Shown one piece after another: positions 1-10,951 of a DNA stretch of 64,000 nt. The stretch is from a candidate division WOR-3 bacterium (GTDB lineage: Bacteria > Hydrothermota > Tepidihabitantia > SM23-42). The translations under genes were made by a program, and so were the position numbers. The stretch is from positions 138,637-202,636 of the forward strand of contig JAOUFJ010000002.1 in assembly GCA_029858255.1 (NCBI GenBank), in the 5' to 3' direction. Position 1 is the first letter of the stretch, and every line of letters begins with the position of its first letter. The notes under the pieces were generated by a model that was given only the letters and a program-made list of their open reading frames with translations, was not told the DNA's origin and made no database searches.

Positions 1-719
1 CCGGTCAGGGACTCGACGGCCGCGCAAGAAACTGGCTCTACGGTGTTTGCGGTATTTTCACATACTGCATCGAGGTATGCACGACAACGATACCACCGGG
101 ATCGATGGTGGATGACCTCTGTCAGAGAAATCTCCCGGGAGCATACTATCTATTGGAAAGAGTATCGGAATGTGGTATAACGGGCCACATATACGATTCA
201 TTGACCGGCGAGCCGTTGACTGCCGAGGTCATTATCCACAACTACTACGACCCGAACTTGCCTCCACGCAGGAGCGACGCCGTATATGGCCGTTTCCTGA
301 GAATATTGAAGCCAGGAATATATGATATCGAAATACGCAAACACGGTTACGCCCCTGTATACTACGATGATATGCAAATCATTGACGGACAAATGACCGA
401 ATTCGATATAATGATGAGCAGGACCGGAGGTGAAATGCCGGCACCGGTCCTTCAAAAAAAAATCAAGGTGCGTCCGAATCCCAGCAGTAACAACGTATTC
501 ATTGAACTCGACGACGGGATGGCGCTTACTTCACTGGCTGTATACGATGTAACCGGACGTCTGGTGAAGAATTTTGAAAATCCAGATCGTCGTATGATCT
601 GGCAGGGCGTGGACGAGCAAAACCGTGCCGTTGCCGAAGGTATTTACTGGCTATTGGGAGAGAATGAAGGAAACCAAACAATACAGAAGGTCGTTCTGAT
701 CAAGGGTTCGGTGAATTAG
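1..719 (+). CDS. T9SS (Por) C-terminal sorting-domain protein, 5'-partial. The reading frame is open to the window start. It has a CarboxypepD_reg-like segment and a C-terminal T9SS CTD.
   Basis: Frame of ORF 105..719 has no stop back to nt 3. C-terminus 'KVRPNPSSNNVFIEL...LAVYDVTGRLV...GIYWL' matches the T9SS C-terminal domain pattern. 'GHIYDSLTGEPLTAEVII' is Cna-B/CarboxypepD_reg-like. Confidence 0.55.
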   Translation, partial: GQGLDGRARNWLYGVCGIFTYCIEVCTTTIPPGSMVDDLCQRNLPGAYYLLERVSECGITGHIYDSLTGEPLTAEVIIHNYYDPNLPPRRSDAVYGRFLRILKPGIYDIEIRKHGYAPVYYDDMQIIDGQMTEFDIMMSRTGGEMPAPVLQKKIKVRPNPSSNNVFIELDDGMALTSLAVYDVTGRLVKNFENPDRRMIWQGVDEQNRAVAEGIYWLLGENEGNQTIQKVVLIKGSVN

Positions 720-743
720 AAATAGAAATAAATCTCTCTATTT

Positions 744-1613
744 TCAGACAAACGCGATAATCAACACGCATGCAAGAACCCAGGAAACAAGACACAACTG
801 AAGAGGCAGGTCGCTGAACAGCACCCTTTCTGGAATATCCGTCTCCTGCTTCTGGTATGTTATGTATAGATACCTGAATATACCGTAGATCACGAAAGGT
901 ATCGTAAAGATCAAGTTTTTTGTACCGAACTTGGTAACGGTTTCAGGCGCGAGCGTGTACAGACAATAGGCAACTATGCATGCAGCAGTGACAACGGCGA
1001 TCATCTGGTTCAAGAGTGGCAGTGAATATTGTGACAATATTTTGCGATGTTTTGCTGCATCTTCACCAAGAAGAACGATCTCTGTCCGTCGCTTCGCGAC
1101 CGCGAGAAAGAGTGCTATCAACAAGGTACAAAGCAGTAGCCATGACGATATTTCCACATCTATCACCACCGCGCCGGCAATTGCTCTCAAGACATATCCA
1201 AATGCCACGAACAATACATCGAGTATCACTATCTGCTTCACTCCGAAAGAATAAACCAGCATTAGCAGACCGTAAATGCAGCAAACAATAAAAAAATTAG
1301 TGCCGAGAGAATAACTGCCGGCGAGAGATACGAACATTAGCACAATAGCAATAGCGCCCGCCGGCAACCTCTTTATCCTGCCGGCCGCAATCGGGCGCTT
1401 TGATTTGGCTGGGTGCTGCAGGTCCTCTCTGTAGTCAATTATATCGTTTATGATATATCCGCTGCTACTCAGCAAAGAGAAAACTATGAAAGCAATAATA
1501 CTTTTCTCAACGCTCTCAGGAATGAAAAAGTGTCGACTGAAGATGAGCCCGGCAAATACAAAAACATTCTTTAACCACTGCCGCGGGCGTAGCAATCTAA
1601 CATACACTATCAA
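744..1613 (-). CDS. UbiA-family prenyltransferase, decaprenyl-phosphate phosphoribosyltransferase-like
   Basis: Polytopic membrane protein. Motif 'NDIIDYREDLQHPAKSKRPIAAGRI' is the UbiA NDxxDxxxD plus RP(I/L)A signature. Confidence 0.7.
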   Translation of the reverse strand: MIVYVRLLRPRQWLKNVFVFAGLIFSRHFFIPESVEKSIIAFIVFSLLSSSGYIINDIIDYREDLQHPAKSKRPIAAGRIKRLPAGAIAIVLMFVSLAGSYSLGTNFFIVCCIYGLLMLVYSFGVKQIVILDVLFVAFGYVLRAIAGAVVIDVEISSWLLLCTLLIALFLAVAKRRTEIVLLGEDAAKHRKILSQYSLPLLNQMIAVVTAACIVAYCLYTLAPETVTKFGTKNLIFTIPFVIYGIFRYLYITYQKQETDIPERVLFSDLPLQLCLVSWVLACVLIIAFV

Positions 1614-1645
1614 TAACCCTCCTCCACCTGAGAATCGGAATTTAC

Positions 1646-3010
1646 TTAGAAATCTGTGGCACTTGTGAAAGTAAAGTCACGTACCTTCAATGCGGGGACT
1701 ACTGTGCCGGTCGCGAAACGCGGTCCATAACCCGGATCACCCGCAACCAATTCCGGACGATTCGAAATACTGTGTACTCTATTCATAACATCGATGATAT
1801 TCTCGGTGAATCTCAAATTCTTTACACCCTTTGTGAGTTTACCGTTCTCTATGAGAAAAGTACCATCTCTCGTCATTCCGGTAAAGATCAGTTTGTGAGG
1901 ATCGATTATGTTGGTGTAGTGAAAACGCGTCACCAATATGCCGTGATCAGTCTCCCGAATCATCTCATCTACACTTTTCCCACCAGGCTTCATTACGATG
2001 TTCAAGGGTATAGGGCCGAACGGGTTGGGCGCGCCAAGTGCATGCCCGGTCGATTTCTTCTTCTCTTTATACGCCGCAAGTGAGTCATAGACCACGTTTT
2101 CGGCAACGCCTTTGTCGATGAGCACAAGACGTTTTTTTGGAACACCTTCAAAATCAAAAGGAAACGTAAACCCATTCCTGGCGAAAGGATCATCGACCAC
2201 CGTAATCCTATCATCAACGATCTTCGAACCCAATTTTCCGGTTAGATAAGAACGCTCTTCCTGAAATATCTTACCATTAAATGCATAAAATGACATGTAA
2301 TCAATGAACTCGCTAGCGGCAAGCGGCTCGAATATCGTGGTATAGCTACCCGGACTGAGGTCCACGGGATCTCTTGAGAGCAATGCTTTCTTTGCTGCAA
2401 TTTCTGCCAGTTTTTTGAAATCAACATCTCGAACATCACGGGCACCGATCTGAGCATATCCAGTTGAGTTACCGGTTGACATGACAATATTGGTGAAAAT
2501 ATCACCGCAGACCGAATAGGCAAAAATACCTAACGAATTTCCAACACATATCTCTGCACTACCATTCGAAACGGAACCAAAAGCATCGAGATCATTCTGT
2601 CGGGCAATGCCCACGATCACTCCAACAGCTCTCGCACGATCACGCTCAGAAAATGACCCAGTACTTTTCACACTGGATTTGAGCACGCGGTACTTGCTTG
2701 AAGGGGCTTTTGGCAGTGATACGAAATCCTTATTTTCTCTTTGATGGTGGGCGATCCTCTCAGCCCAGGCAACGGTTTCGCGTATCTTCTTAAGGTCGAG
2801 AGAATTAGTTGAAGCAATACCAAGCTTTTTCCCGAGTACGACCCGAATTGAAATACTACTGTTGGACTCACTGACATTCTGATGGATATAGTTGTTCGCA
2901 AAACGAGTAAGGGCTTGTTCATGATTCAAGATAGACACCTCAACCTGATCGGCCTTTGAGTTATCTTTCACAAAATTAACGATTCTTCTGGCTTCTCTTT
3001 TTCCAATCAT
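1646..3010 (-). CDS. TldD/PmbA family metallopeptidase
   Basis: 454 aa, overall TldD/PmbA family similarity. No partner gene is adjacent. Confidence 0.7.
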   Translation of the reverse strand: MIGKREARRIVNFVKDNSKADQVEVSILNHEQALTRFANNYIHQNVSESNSSISIRVVLGKKLGIASTNSLDLKKIRETVAWAERIAHHQRENKDFVSLPKAPSSKYRVLKSSVKSTGSFSERDRARAVGVIVGIARQNDLDAFGSVSNGSAEICVGNSLGIFAYSVCGDIFTNIVMSTGNSTGYAQIGARDVRDVDFKKLAEIAAKKALLSRDPVDLSPGSYTTIFEPLAASEFIDYMSFYAFNGKIFQEERSYLTGKLGSKIVDDRITVVDDPFARNGFTFPFDFEGVPKKRLVLIDKGVAENVVYDSLAAYKEKKKSTGHALGAPNPFGPIPLNIVMKPGGKSVDEMIRETDHGILVTRFHYTNIIDPHKLIFTGMTRDGTFLIENGKLTKGVKNLRFTENIIDVMNRVHSISNRPELVAGDPGYGPRFATGTVVPALKVRDFTFTSATDF

Positions 3011-3139
3011 ACAACTCCTTTTCTGTGATAATGCATGTCATATTCTATATGGAATCCCATCTAAGTCAATCAATATTTATACCCATGCGAGCATTAATAT
3101 TAATGCCTATTGTTCGATTACTGGTATCTGTCGTGACTA

Positions 3140-3694
3140 CTAGAGATGTTCGATGAGTATCTTCACACCAATCAGTATTAACATTAAACCACCAACGACC
3201 CTTATCCGAGCTTTGAAAAATATACCCAATTTATCACCAAGGTAATATCCGATAAAAGAGAGCAAGAAGGTAACTGCGCCAATAATGAGTACAGTACGTA
3301 AGATGGCCGCATCTAATAATGCTAAACTGACACCCGCTGCCAGGGCATCAATACTCGTCGCAATGGAAAGGAGCAAAAGAATATGAAAATCAAGTGGATT
3401 AGTACCGGACCGCTGGGATTCAGTCTGCAAGGACTCGTATATCATGTGTAACCCGATGAAGCAGAGCAGAATGAAAGAAACCCAGTGATCGATGCCGCTT
3501 ATGATGTTCCTGAATAATGAACCCGCCGCCCAACCTATTAAGGGCATGCCGGCCTGAAAAAAACCAAAGAATATACCTATCCTTAGAGCATGCCTTAATC
3601 GTACCCGGGTGGCAACAATACCGCTGCTAATAGCAACGGCAAATGCATCGAGGGCAAGCCCAATAGCCATGAAAAATGTCACATATATGTTCAT
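3140..3694 (-). CDS. mntP: Manganese efflux pump MntP (DUF204 duplicated domain)
   Basis: 184 aa, 6 TM. N-terminus 'MNIYVTFFMAIGLALDAFAVAISSG' is typical MntP. Confidence 0.65.
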   Translation of the reverse strand: MNIYVTFFMAIGLALDAFAVAISSGIVATRVRLRHALRIGIFFGFFQAGMPLIGWAAGSLFRNIISGIDHWVSFILLCFIGLHMIYESLQTESQRSGTNPLDFHILLLLSIATSIDALAAGVSLALLDAAILRTVLIIGAVTFLLSFIGYYLGDKLGIFFKARIRVVGGLMLILIGVKILIEHL

Positions 3695-3842
3695 AAATAA
3701 AAAATAATGCCATGTTGTCTAATCACATCTAAATCTGCCTTACCTAAAAGATTGGATTCAATGTCCGATTCGAATACAAGGTGGATTATACATTGCATTT
3801 TATGACTGTCAACAAATATCAAATAGTGCGATTTTCGATTTA

Positions 3843-4526
3843 CTACGATGTGTTCCGGGGAGTCAACACGAAAAATAGACTCGACTCATCGACTTCTTCG
3901 ATGTGAATACCAACCGGCAGATCTTTCACAATAGCACGAAACTGCTCGGGAACAACCGTCGTCGCTGCGAAGCCGTCCTTGCAGACGATGAGACCGTCAC
4001 GCGTCTTATCGAGATCAATCTCACCGATCAACCCTTCTTGGGCTTGCAGTTCAAACCAACACAGACGATCTGCCCATATTTTTGGTGAATAACTGGAAAA
4101 AAATATTTTTCCATTTTCTTTTACTACGCGGAGGCTCTCGCGTACAAGTTCTTTCTCATCGACATGAAATGCAGAGATACCATTCTGGATACAAAATACA
4201 TGTTCAAATGAATTGTCGGCAAATCCCATTCTCATTGCATCCATAACTGCCAGGTGACAATTGCCATACCCCTGCATGAAACGCAGAGCATATTCAATAT
4301 TCGAAACTGATATATCTACACCGTATATTGCTCCGGACCTTGCCGACAGGTATTGCAGAACACGTCCGTATCCGCACCCTAGTTCAAGCACGCTATCGCC
4401 GGGTGCTATGTGGCGTGCTACATAACCCATCTCAGACACCAGATACTGCCGGATGCGCGGCGGCGCCAAGTCATAGCAGCGTCTCAATCGAGTACCAGAC
4501 AATTTATCCCGGTAGTATCCAATCAT
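3843..4526 (-). CDS. Class I SAM-dependent methyltransferase
   Basis: Motif I 'VLELGCGYGRV'. Confidence 0.6.
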   Translation of the reverse strand: MIGYYRDKLSGTRLRRCYDLAPPRIRQYLVSEMGYVARHIAPGDSVLELGCGYGRVLQYLSARSGAIYGVDISVSNIEYALRFMQGYGNCHLAVMDAMRMGFADNSFEHVFCIQNGISAFHVDEKELVRESLRVVKENGKIFFSSYSPKIWADRLCWFELQAQEGLIGEIDLDKTRDGLIVCKDGFAATTVVPEQFRAIVKDLPVGIHIEEVDESSLFFVLTPRNTS

Positions 4527-4565
4527 CGAACCCTTGAAAGGAAGGTCTTCGTATCTCTGATGTGG

Positions 4566-5732
4566 CTATTCCAATTCGTCGAGCCAGCCGGCTGTCGCTA
4601 CAAGCCTGCGTTTGAAGAATTTGCCCAGATTATCCGGGTCCTTAGCCTGATGGTATCTGAAGTACATGTAGCCATCCAGAAGACCCAATATCTCGATCTT
4701 CCCGGTTCTGTGAGACATGACGTATCTGAACCGCTTGCTTGGACCATCTAGCATCTTCTTCGCGTTCTCGACTACCTGCAGTCCTTTGTGAAGTAGCAGC
4801 TGAAAGTTGTGTTTCACACGCTTCACCGGTCGGCATTGGAATACATAGTACGGTTGTATACCCACCCTCAGTAATTCCTTCTGAAGGGCAGCCAGCACGT
4901 CTGGTGTATCGTTCACGCCTTTAAGGAGAACGGTCTGGTTGCTAACCGTAACCGAGGCACGCTCAAGAGCCTTAACCGCGGCTATGGTCTTCTCCGAAAT
5001 CTCACGGGGGTGATTTATATGCGCTACCACAATGATCCTCTTCTTACGTAGTGCATAATACCTGAACAATGCAATAAGGTGCTTATCCTGAAGAATCCTA
5101 TCTGGCAACGCGACTGTAATCTTTGTGCCAAACCTGATGAAATTGAGATGGTCGATAGCAGAGAGTTTCTGCAAGAAACGTTCAATAATATCCGTGGTAA
5201 GAATCAATGGATCGCCACCGCTTATCAAGACATTGGTGATCTCAGTATGCTTTTCAATATATTTTACCGCATCATTGAACCGTTTCAGTATTTCACCAGT
5301 TTCCAATCCGATCAACCTCTTCCTGAAACAATAACGGCAGTAGGTGGCACAGCGGTTTGTCGCGAGTATCAGTGCCGTCTGCGCATACTTGTGTTGAAGT
5401 CCAGGCATTTTTGTGTTGGACAACTCACCGCTTGTATCATACTGTCCAAGAAGATTGAACTCCTCGGCCGACGGCACGATCATCTTCCTTATCGGATCAT
5501 CAGGATCATTCCGATTAACGAGAGAAAGATAATGATGGGTGATACGCATGGGATGTCTCTCAATGACATCTGAGATCTGTCTTTTTTCCCGTTGAGAAAG
5601 TCTAAGGTGTCTATCCAAATGCTCCACACTTCGTACGCTTTCTCTTAGCTCGCGACGCCACACATCGTCGACAGGTATCTTCTCGCGGTTTGTATTTGCT
5701 CTAATCAATATGGTCACCTCATTTCCTGGCAT
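4566..5732 (-). CDS. KamA-family radical SAM aminomutase (lysine 2,3-aminomutase-like)
   Basis: 'CATYCRYCFRKR' CxxxCxxC radical-SAM motif in a KamA-like context; ~390 aa. Confidence 0.75.
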   Translation of the reverse strand: MPGNEVTILIRANTNREKIPVDDVWRRELRESVRSVEHLDRHLRLSQREKRQISDVIERHPMRITHHYLSLVNRNDPDDPIRKMIVPSAEEFNLLGQYDTSGELSNTKMPGLQHKYAQTALILATNRCATYCRYCFRKRLIGLETGEILKRFNDAVKYIEKHTEITNVLISGGDPLILTTDIIERFLQKLSAIDHLNFIRFGTKITVALPDRILQDKHLIALFRYYALRKKRIIVVAHINHPREISEKTIAAVKALERASVTVSNQTVLLKGVNDTPDVLAALQKELLRVGIQPYYVFQCRPVKRVKHNFQLLLHKGLQVVENAKKMLDGPSKRFRYVMSHRTGKIEILGLLDGYMYFRYHQAKDPDNLGKFFKRRLVATAGWLDELE

Positions 5733-5917
5733 ACTTACGCTCTATGATCCATACTAGTGCGAAAGAAATTTTACGTACGTTTATTATAAACAATATAAAG
5801 CATCGTGTCAATGCTCTAAAGCATTACATATTGACCAAATTATCAAATTGGGAGTGATATTATGCTACAGGACGTACATGTCCTTCAAAGTCGGGACGAC
5901 ATGCACTTGGATCACGG

Positions 5918-7906
5918 TCACGATCGGAAAGTCATCTCAAAAACAGTTCCAGTGTTCTTATGACTTGTTATGCTGATATTACCACCGTGATCCTTGATTA
6001 TTTTTTGTGCTATATACAAGCCCAGACCAGTTCCACTTTTCTTCGTGCTATAATATGGACTGAATACACGCTTTTTTTCTTCTTCGTCCATACCGATGCC
6101 GTTATCAGCGACAATGAGCCTTATTCCTCCTCGAGACCCGGTCAGACTGATATCAATTCTTGGTTTACGGTCCTTCACCGAACCCACCGCGTCGATGGCA
6201 TTCAGCACGATGTTCAAAATAGCCCTTCTAAAATCGTCCGGACTACCAACAAGATTTGTGTCAGTCTCAACGTTCTTCTTCATGTCTATGTTCTGCTCCC
6301 GAATATTGTTCTCTACCAACGGTTCCATATCCCTCAGAATCCCGGCAATGCTGAACGACGTCTTTTCTCTCATCCTTGGTCTTGCAAGCATCAAGAAATC
6401 ATTGACCGTTTTCGTAAGAACCTCTATCTCATGCTTCAGGCTCTCCGTAATGCGCATATAGTCAGCGTCCTCATTGGGAAATTCTTTGGTCAACCTCTGT
6501 ATTCCAATCGACAGACCGTTCAACGGGTTCTTTATCTCATGAGCGAGATTCGCTACCAGATTACCGAGGAAAACAAGCCGCTCTGCCTCTTCCCTCTCCC
6601 TCTCAAACTCCCGTATTTTCGTAACGTCGTGCAGTATGGTAATAGCTCCCGAAATTCTTTGTCGATCATCGAATAGCGGATATGCTGCATATCGGATGTC
6701 CCTGCCAAAAACCCGCTTCTCATCGGCGATCTTCTTGCCCTCCTTCATCACTTTTTCGATATCAAAAGGATCATCAGAGAATACTCTGTCATAGTTGTTA
6801 CCGACGAGGAAATCCTCACCGAAGGCAGACAGTGTGCAGAACATCTCGTTAACTGCACTGATCGCCTTCTTTTGGTCGATCAACAATACACCATCCTCTA
6901 CTGCTCCGAGGGTCTTATGGAACAGATCTTTGATATTTGCGTAAGATTGATAGTTCATCAGCCAGAGAATCAGAAAAAAACTCGCGCCGAATATGATCAC
7001 GAACAGAGCGATAAGCTGCCCTTCTGTCCTCCTAACATGCCGATAATAGCTATCGAGGCTTATCCCAATTCTGAAGATACCAACCATCTCGTCCTCGATG
7101 ATAAACGGGCGGACCAACTCAAGCACATTCTTATCATTGAATTCCTCGATGCGGCTGGTCTCAGTCCTGTTTTCAATAACCTTGACCAGCTCCGGATCAT
7201 CTTCAATCCTACTTATCGTCTCAACATTGGGCGTGGCAAATAATATGCCTTCGGTGTCCTGAAGCACAAGGTAATTCAACATCGGATTTGCCGCCATTTG
7301 ACTTATGATCTTATTAATACCATATTCAGTGCGAAATTCTTTGATACCCTCAGCGGGTAGTTCGATCTGATATATACGTTCGGTAATCACGTAAACAAAC
7401 CGCATGAGTGTTTCGTTCCCAACATCAAAATACTCAAAAGATATCGGCTCAGCTTGTTCGAATATTCTATCGCTGATAAGAAACGGCGTTCCCGAAGCCA
7501 TGATCATTTTTCTGGTGCTCCTACTGAACACCGCGACCGAGCGAAAACCAAAACTCAGTCTCACATTTGCGGTATTTGTTGTTGTCAGGTCGGCATCGAG
7601 CGCACTACAAGCGCCGATCAACTTATTGATGAGTTCATCCTCCAGGCGGGCTTCTGCAAAGATCAAATTCTCCTGGGTCGAGGCAATAACCGAGAGGAAG
7701 GAACGTGCCTGTTCTTTGATCAGATCGAGCATTATCCTTCGGCCACTAATCAAGCCGAGTGTCAAAAAAGTTCCAAGCAGCAATAGAAGTATAATTGCCA
7801 ACAAAAAATAACGCTTCATGCCTTTACCCATTTCCATTTCATAATAACCAAAAGATGCAATGAAGTCAACTAGATGTCTAGTAAGAACGCCTTGCAATTG
7901 CAGCAA
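5918..7906 (-). CDS. Sensor histidine kinase (extracytoplasmic sensor, PAS, HisKA, HATPase_c). The true start is probably the internal 'MKRYFLL' at about 7822.
   Basis: HisKA H-box 'LAHEIKNPLNG'. HATPase 'VADNGIGMDEEE...GTGLGL'. N-terminal TM helices. Confidence 0.75.
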   Translation of the reverse strand: MLQLQGVLTRHLVDFIASFGYYEMEMGKGMKRYFLLAIILLLLLGTFLTLGLISGRRIMLDLIKEQARSFLSVIASTQENLIFAEARLEDELINKLIGACSALDADLTTTNTANVRLSFGFRSVAVFSRSTRKMIMASGTPFLISDRIFEQAEPISFEYFDVGNETLMRFVYVITERIYQIELPAEGIKEFRTEYGINKIISQMAANPMLNYLVLQDTEGILFATPNVETISRIEDDPELVKVIENRTETSRIEEFNDKNVLELVRPFIIEDEMVGIFRIGISLDSYYRHVRRTEGQLIALFVIIFGASFFLILWLMNYQSYANIKDLFHKTLGAVEDGVLLIDQKKAISAVNEMFCTLSAFGEDFLVGNNYDRVFSDDPFDIEKVMKEGKKIADEKRVFGRDIRYAAYPLFDDRQRISGAITILHDVTKIREFEREREEAERLVFLGNLVANLAHEIKNPLNGLSIGIQRLTKEFPNEDADYMRITESLKHEIEVLTKTVNDFLMLARPRMREKTSFSIAGILRDMEPLVENNIREQNIDMKKNVETDTNLVGSPDDFRRAILNIVLNAIDAVGSVKDRKPRIDISLTGSRGGIRLIVADNGIGMDEEEKKRVFSPYYSTKKSGTGLGLYIAQKIIKDHGGNISITSHKNTGTVFEMTFRS

Positions 7907-7959
7907 TCAAAGGTATAATCGGACAGTGCTGCAATCAATTAAAGCAAGGAGGTAATATA

Positions 7960-8523
7960 ATGGCCAAGAAAAAAATTGCATCTAAAATACCAGTCTACCC
8001 GATGCCGGTTATGATTGTCGGTGCAGAAGTAGAGAACAAACCCAATTTTCTAACTGTGGTATGGTTCAGTATGGTCAATTTCAAACCACCGACCATTGCT
8101 GTCATCCTCAACAAAGCACATTATACTAATAAAGGCATATACAAGAATAAAACATTCAGTATCAACATCCCGACGACACAACTGATCGAGGCCACTGACT
8201 ACTGCAGTGTTGTCTCTGGCTATGACCATGATAAATCAAAAGTATTCGACGTATTCTACGGTGAATTGAAGAACGCACCGATGATTCAGGAATGCCCGCT
8301 CACTGCTGAGTGTCGGGTCATACAAACACTTCAATTCGCGACGCATGAGGTGTTCGTGGGCGAAATCGTCAAAACCTATGCAGATGACGCGGTATTAACC
8401 CACGAACATCCTGACATAGCAAAAATCAAACCGATCCTCTATTCAATGTATGACAACTGTTATTGGGAAATGGGCAAAAGTATCGGACGAGCGATGCATA
8501 TTGGCAAACGGTTAAAAACATAG
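7960..8523 (+). CDS. Flavin reductase-like (FMN-binding split-barrel) protein
   Basis: 187 aa. 'PVMIVGAEVENKPNFLTVVWFSMVN' is typical of the flavin reductase domain. Confidence 0.55.
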   Translation: MAKKKIASKIPVYPMPVMIVGAEVENKPNFLTVVWFSMVNFKPPTIAVILNKAHYTNKGIYKNKTFSINIPTTQLIEATDYCSVVSGYDHDKSKVFDVFYGELKNAPMIQECPLTAECRVIQTLQFATHEVFVGEIVKTYADDAVLTHEHPDIAKIKPILYSMYDNCYWEMGKSIGRAMHIGKRLKT

Positions 8524-8680
8524 GTCGCTCAAGACTACACTAAATGGAAATCAGCACTTCTCCCGTTTGCCCGGCAAACAAACCGGACAAACCCACGCTG
8601 ATCGATTTAGCTAGCAAAAAACACAACATCACATAATTGACTAACACTAGAAAATCGATAATATATAGCACGGAGGCATA

Positions 8681-9583
8681 ATGAAAAGAGACTTTCTCAC
8701 CATGTTCGATCTGACGAAAGACGAGATTTTCGATATATTTGAGCTCGCGAAGACCCTTAAAGATTCGCAGAAGAAAGGAGTGGAACATCGTATTCTCAAA
8801 GACAAAACCCTGGCCATGGTCTTTGAAAAACCCTCCCTGAGAACCAGGGTGACATTTGAAACAGGCATGACGCAGCTTGGCGGACACGCAATATACCTTG
8901 CACCTTCTGATATCCAGCTGGGAAAACGCGAATCTGTGCCTGACGCTGCTCATAACCTTTCCCGCTGGGTTGACATGGTCATGGCCCGTGTCTTTGCTCA
9001 TAAAACGGTTGAAGATTTGGCAGAAAATGCAATGATACCGGTAATTAACGGCCTTTCTGATCTGGAGCATCCATGCCAGGTCATGGCCGACCTTTTCACC
9101 ATAATCGAAAAGAAGGAACACCTCGACAATATCACCCTTGCGTACGTGGGCGATGGTAACAACGTATGTAATTCATTCGTGGCAGCTTCCATAGTACTCG
9201 GCTTCAGACTCAAGATCGCAACACCAGCTGGTTATGAGCCGAACAATGACTATACCGCGAAGGCAAGGACCACGACCCTGACGACTGATCCACGTGACGC
9301 AGTGACCGATGCCGATATCGTATACACCGATGTATGGGCTTCCATGGGACAGGAAAAAGAGGCTGCCCAGAGGAAAAAGATATTCAATAGGTTTCAGCTC
9401 AACGCCGAACTGCTGACGCACGCGAAAAAAGAGTATCTCGTAATGCATTGTCTGCCTGCACACCGTGGTGAGGAAATTACCGATGAAGTAATTGACGGAC
9501 CGCATTCGATTGTGTTCGATGAAGCGGAGAACAGACTGCATGTTCAGAAAAGCATAATGGCCTGGCTCGTTCAACAACGCTAA
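8681..9583 (+). CDS. argF: Ornithine carbamoyltransferase
   Basis: 'SLRTRVTFE' (STRTR carbamoyl-phosphate site), 'DVWASMGQE' (ornithine site) and 'HCLPAHRGEE' motifs. Confidence 0.85.
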   Translation: MKRDFLTMFDLTKDEIFDIFELAKTLKDSQKKGVEHRILKDKTLAMVFEKPSLRTRVTFETGMTQLGGHAIYLAPSDIQLGKRESVPDAAHNLSRWVDMVMARVFAHKTVEDLAENAMIPVINGLSDLEHPCQVMADLFTIIEKKEHLDNITLAYVGDGNNVCNSFVAASIVLGFRLKIATPAGYEPNNDYTAKARTTTLTTDPRDAVTDADIVYTDVWASMGQEKEAAQRKKIFNRFQLNAELLTHAKKEYLVMHCLPAHRGEEITDEVIDGPHSIVFDEAENRLHVQKSIMAWLVQQR

Positions 9584-9590
9584 TCACGTT

Positions 9591-10862
9591 ATGTCGGCCC
9601 AACAGATACTCTGTCTCATAATCTTCGTAATCACCTATGTCGCGATAATTTCATTCCACAAGTACAAATTTCTCATAGCCTGGATCGGGATTGGTTTCAT
9701 ATTAATTTTCGGCATCCTGTCTCCTCCCAAACTGCTCCAGTATATTAACTGGAATATACTCGGCATATTCTGGGGCAGCCTCGTTGTCGCTGAACTATTC
9801 ATACACTCAAGAATACCAGCATATCTTGCAGAAATAATCATCGACCGGTCGAAGAATCTTGTCTGGGCGATAATCTGGCTCTCGGCCTTCAGTGGCGTAA
9901 TTTCGGCATTTGTCGAGAATGTAGCTACTGTTATGATCGTAGCACCGATTGCATTTGAGGTTTCCCGCAAACTAAAGGTTTCACCAGTACCCTTCATCCT
10001 CGGTATCTGCCTCTCCTCGAATCTCCAGGGTACAGCAACGCTGGTTGGTGACCCACCCAGCATGATACTTGCAAGTTATACACGTATGACGTTTAACGAC
10101 TTCTTCTTCTTCAATGGACGACCTGGCCTTTTCTTCGCAGTCGAGGTTGCCGCGATCGTTTCACTCATCGTTCTGTATTTTCTCTTTAGAAAACACAAGG
10201 AGCCCATCCAGCCTATCCGCCCGGAGAAAATCGTCAGCAAATTCCCTGGTTTTCTGCTTATCGGTCTAATCCTGGCTCTTGCTATCGCATCATTCTTTGG
10301 TGGATTCATGGACTATCTGGGTGGTCTTGTGTGCCTGATCTTTGGTGCCATCGGCATAGCCTGGAGCTTCTTTTCTGCTAAGATCAAGACATTTCACATA
10401 CTCAGAGACATGGATTGGGAAACCCTTTTTTTTCTGGCTGCAATATTCGGCATTGTCGGCTCATTGACCGAAACTGAAACTACCACTTTCCTTGCCCATG
10501 CTGTAGGCAAATTGACTTCAGGTAATCTGGTAGTGACCTATCTTATCCTGGTGGTGTTTTCGGTTTTCATCTCGGCGTTTGTTGACAATGTCCCCTATTT
10601 TACCGCTCTGGTCGGCATAATACCGATGCTTGCCTCGTCATATGGATACCCGGTGCACCTTCTGCTGTTCGGTGCAATAATCGGAACGACCGTCGGTGGA
10701 AATATAACACCGATCGGAGCATCAGCAAATATTGTTGGTGTAGGGCTACTAAAGAAACATGGCCATGCTGTGAACTTTTATGATTTCATAAGGATAGGCC
10801 TCCCCTTCTCAATTTTCGCAGTCGCCGCAGGAGCAATCTTTGTCTGGATATTCTGGGCGTAG
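9591..10862 (+). CDS. Polytopic membrane permease (ArsB/NhaD/CitMHS-type ion-transporter superfamily)
   Basis: 423 aa with 10 or more TM helices and an internal repeat architecture. It follows argF directly and may be an ornithine/arginine-related carrier. Confidence 0.45.
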   Translation: MSAQQILCLIIFVITYVAIISFHKYKFLIAWIGIGFILIFGILSPPKLLQYINWNILGIFWGSLVVAELFIHSRIPAYLAEIIIDRSKNLVWAIIWLSAFSGVISAFVENVATVMIVAPIAFEVSRKLKVSPVPFILGICLSSNLQGTATLVGDPPSMILASYTRMTFNDFFFFNGRPGLFFAVEVAAIVSLIVLYFLFRKHKEPIQPIRPEKIVSKFPGFLLIGLILALAIASFFGGFMDYLGGLVCLIFGAIGIAWSFFSAKIKTFHILRDMDWETLFFLAAIFGIVGSLTETETTTFLAHAVGKLTSGNLVVTYLILVVFSVFISAFVDNVPYFTALVGIIPMLASSYGYPVHLLLFGAIIGTTVGGNITPIGASANIVGVGLLKKHGHAVNFYDFIRIGLPFSIFAVAAGAIFVWIFWA

Positions 10863-10951
10863 CACAATTGTCATCGCTGCCACCGATCATGATCGCCCTT
10901 GTTTTGGATATACTACTTGATTTATGACCACTGATATATATAATTTTCTCG

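Noticed and set aside
5960-6676. ORFs 5960..6676(+) and 6096..6461(+)
   Set aside because: Antisense to the histidine-kinase gene, with no motifs.
8540-9577. Antisense ORFs 8540..9121(-), 8998..9213(-) and 9173..9577(-)
   Set aside because: They lie fully inside, antisense to, the well-supported argF gene.
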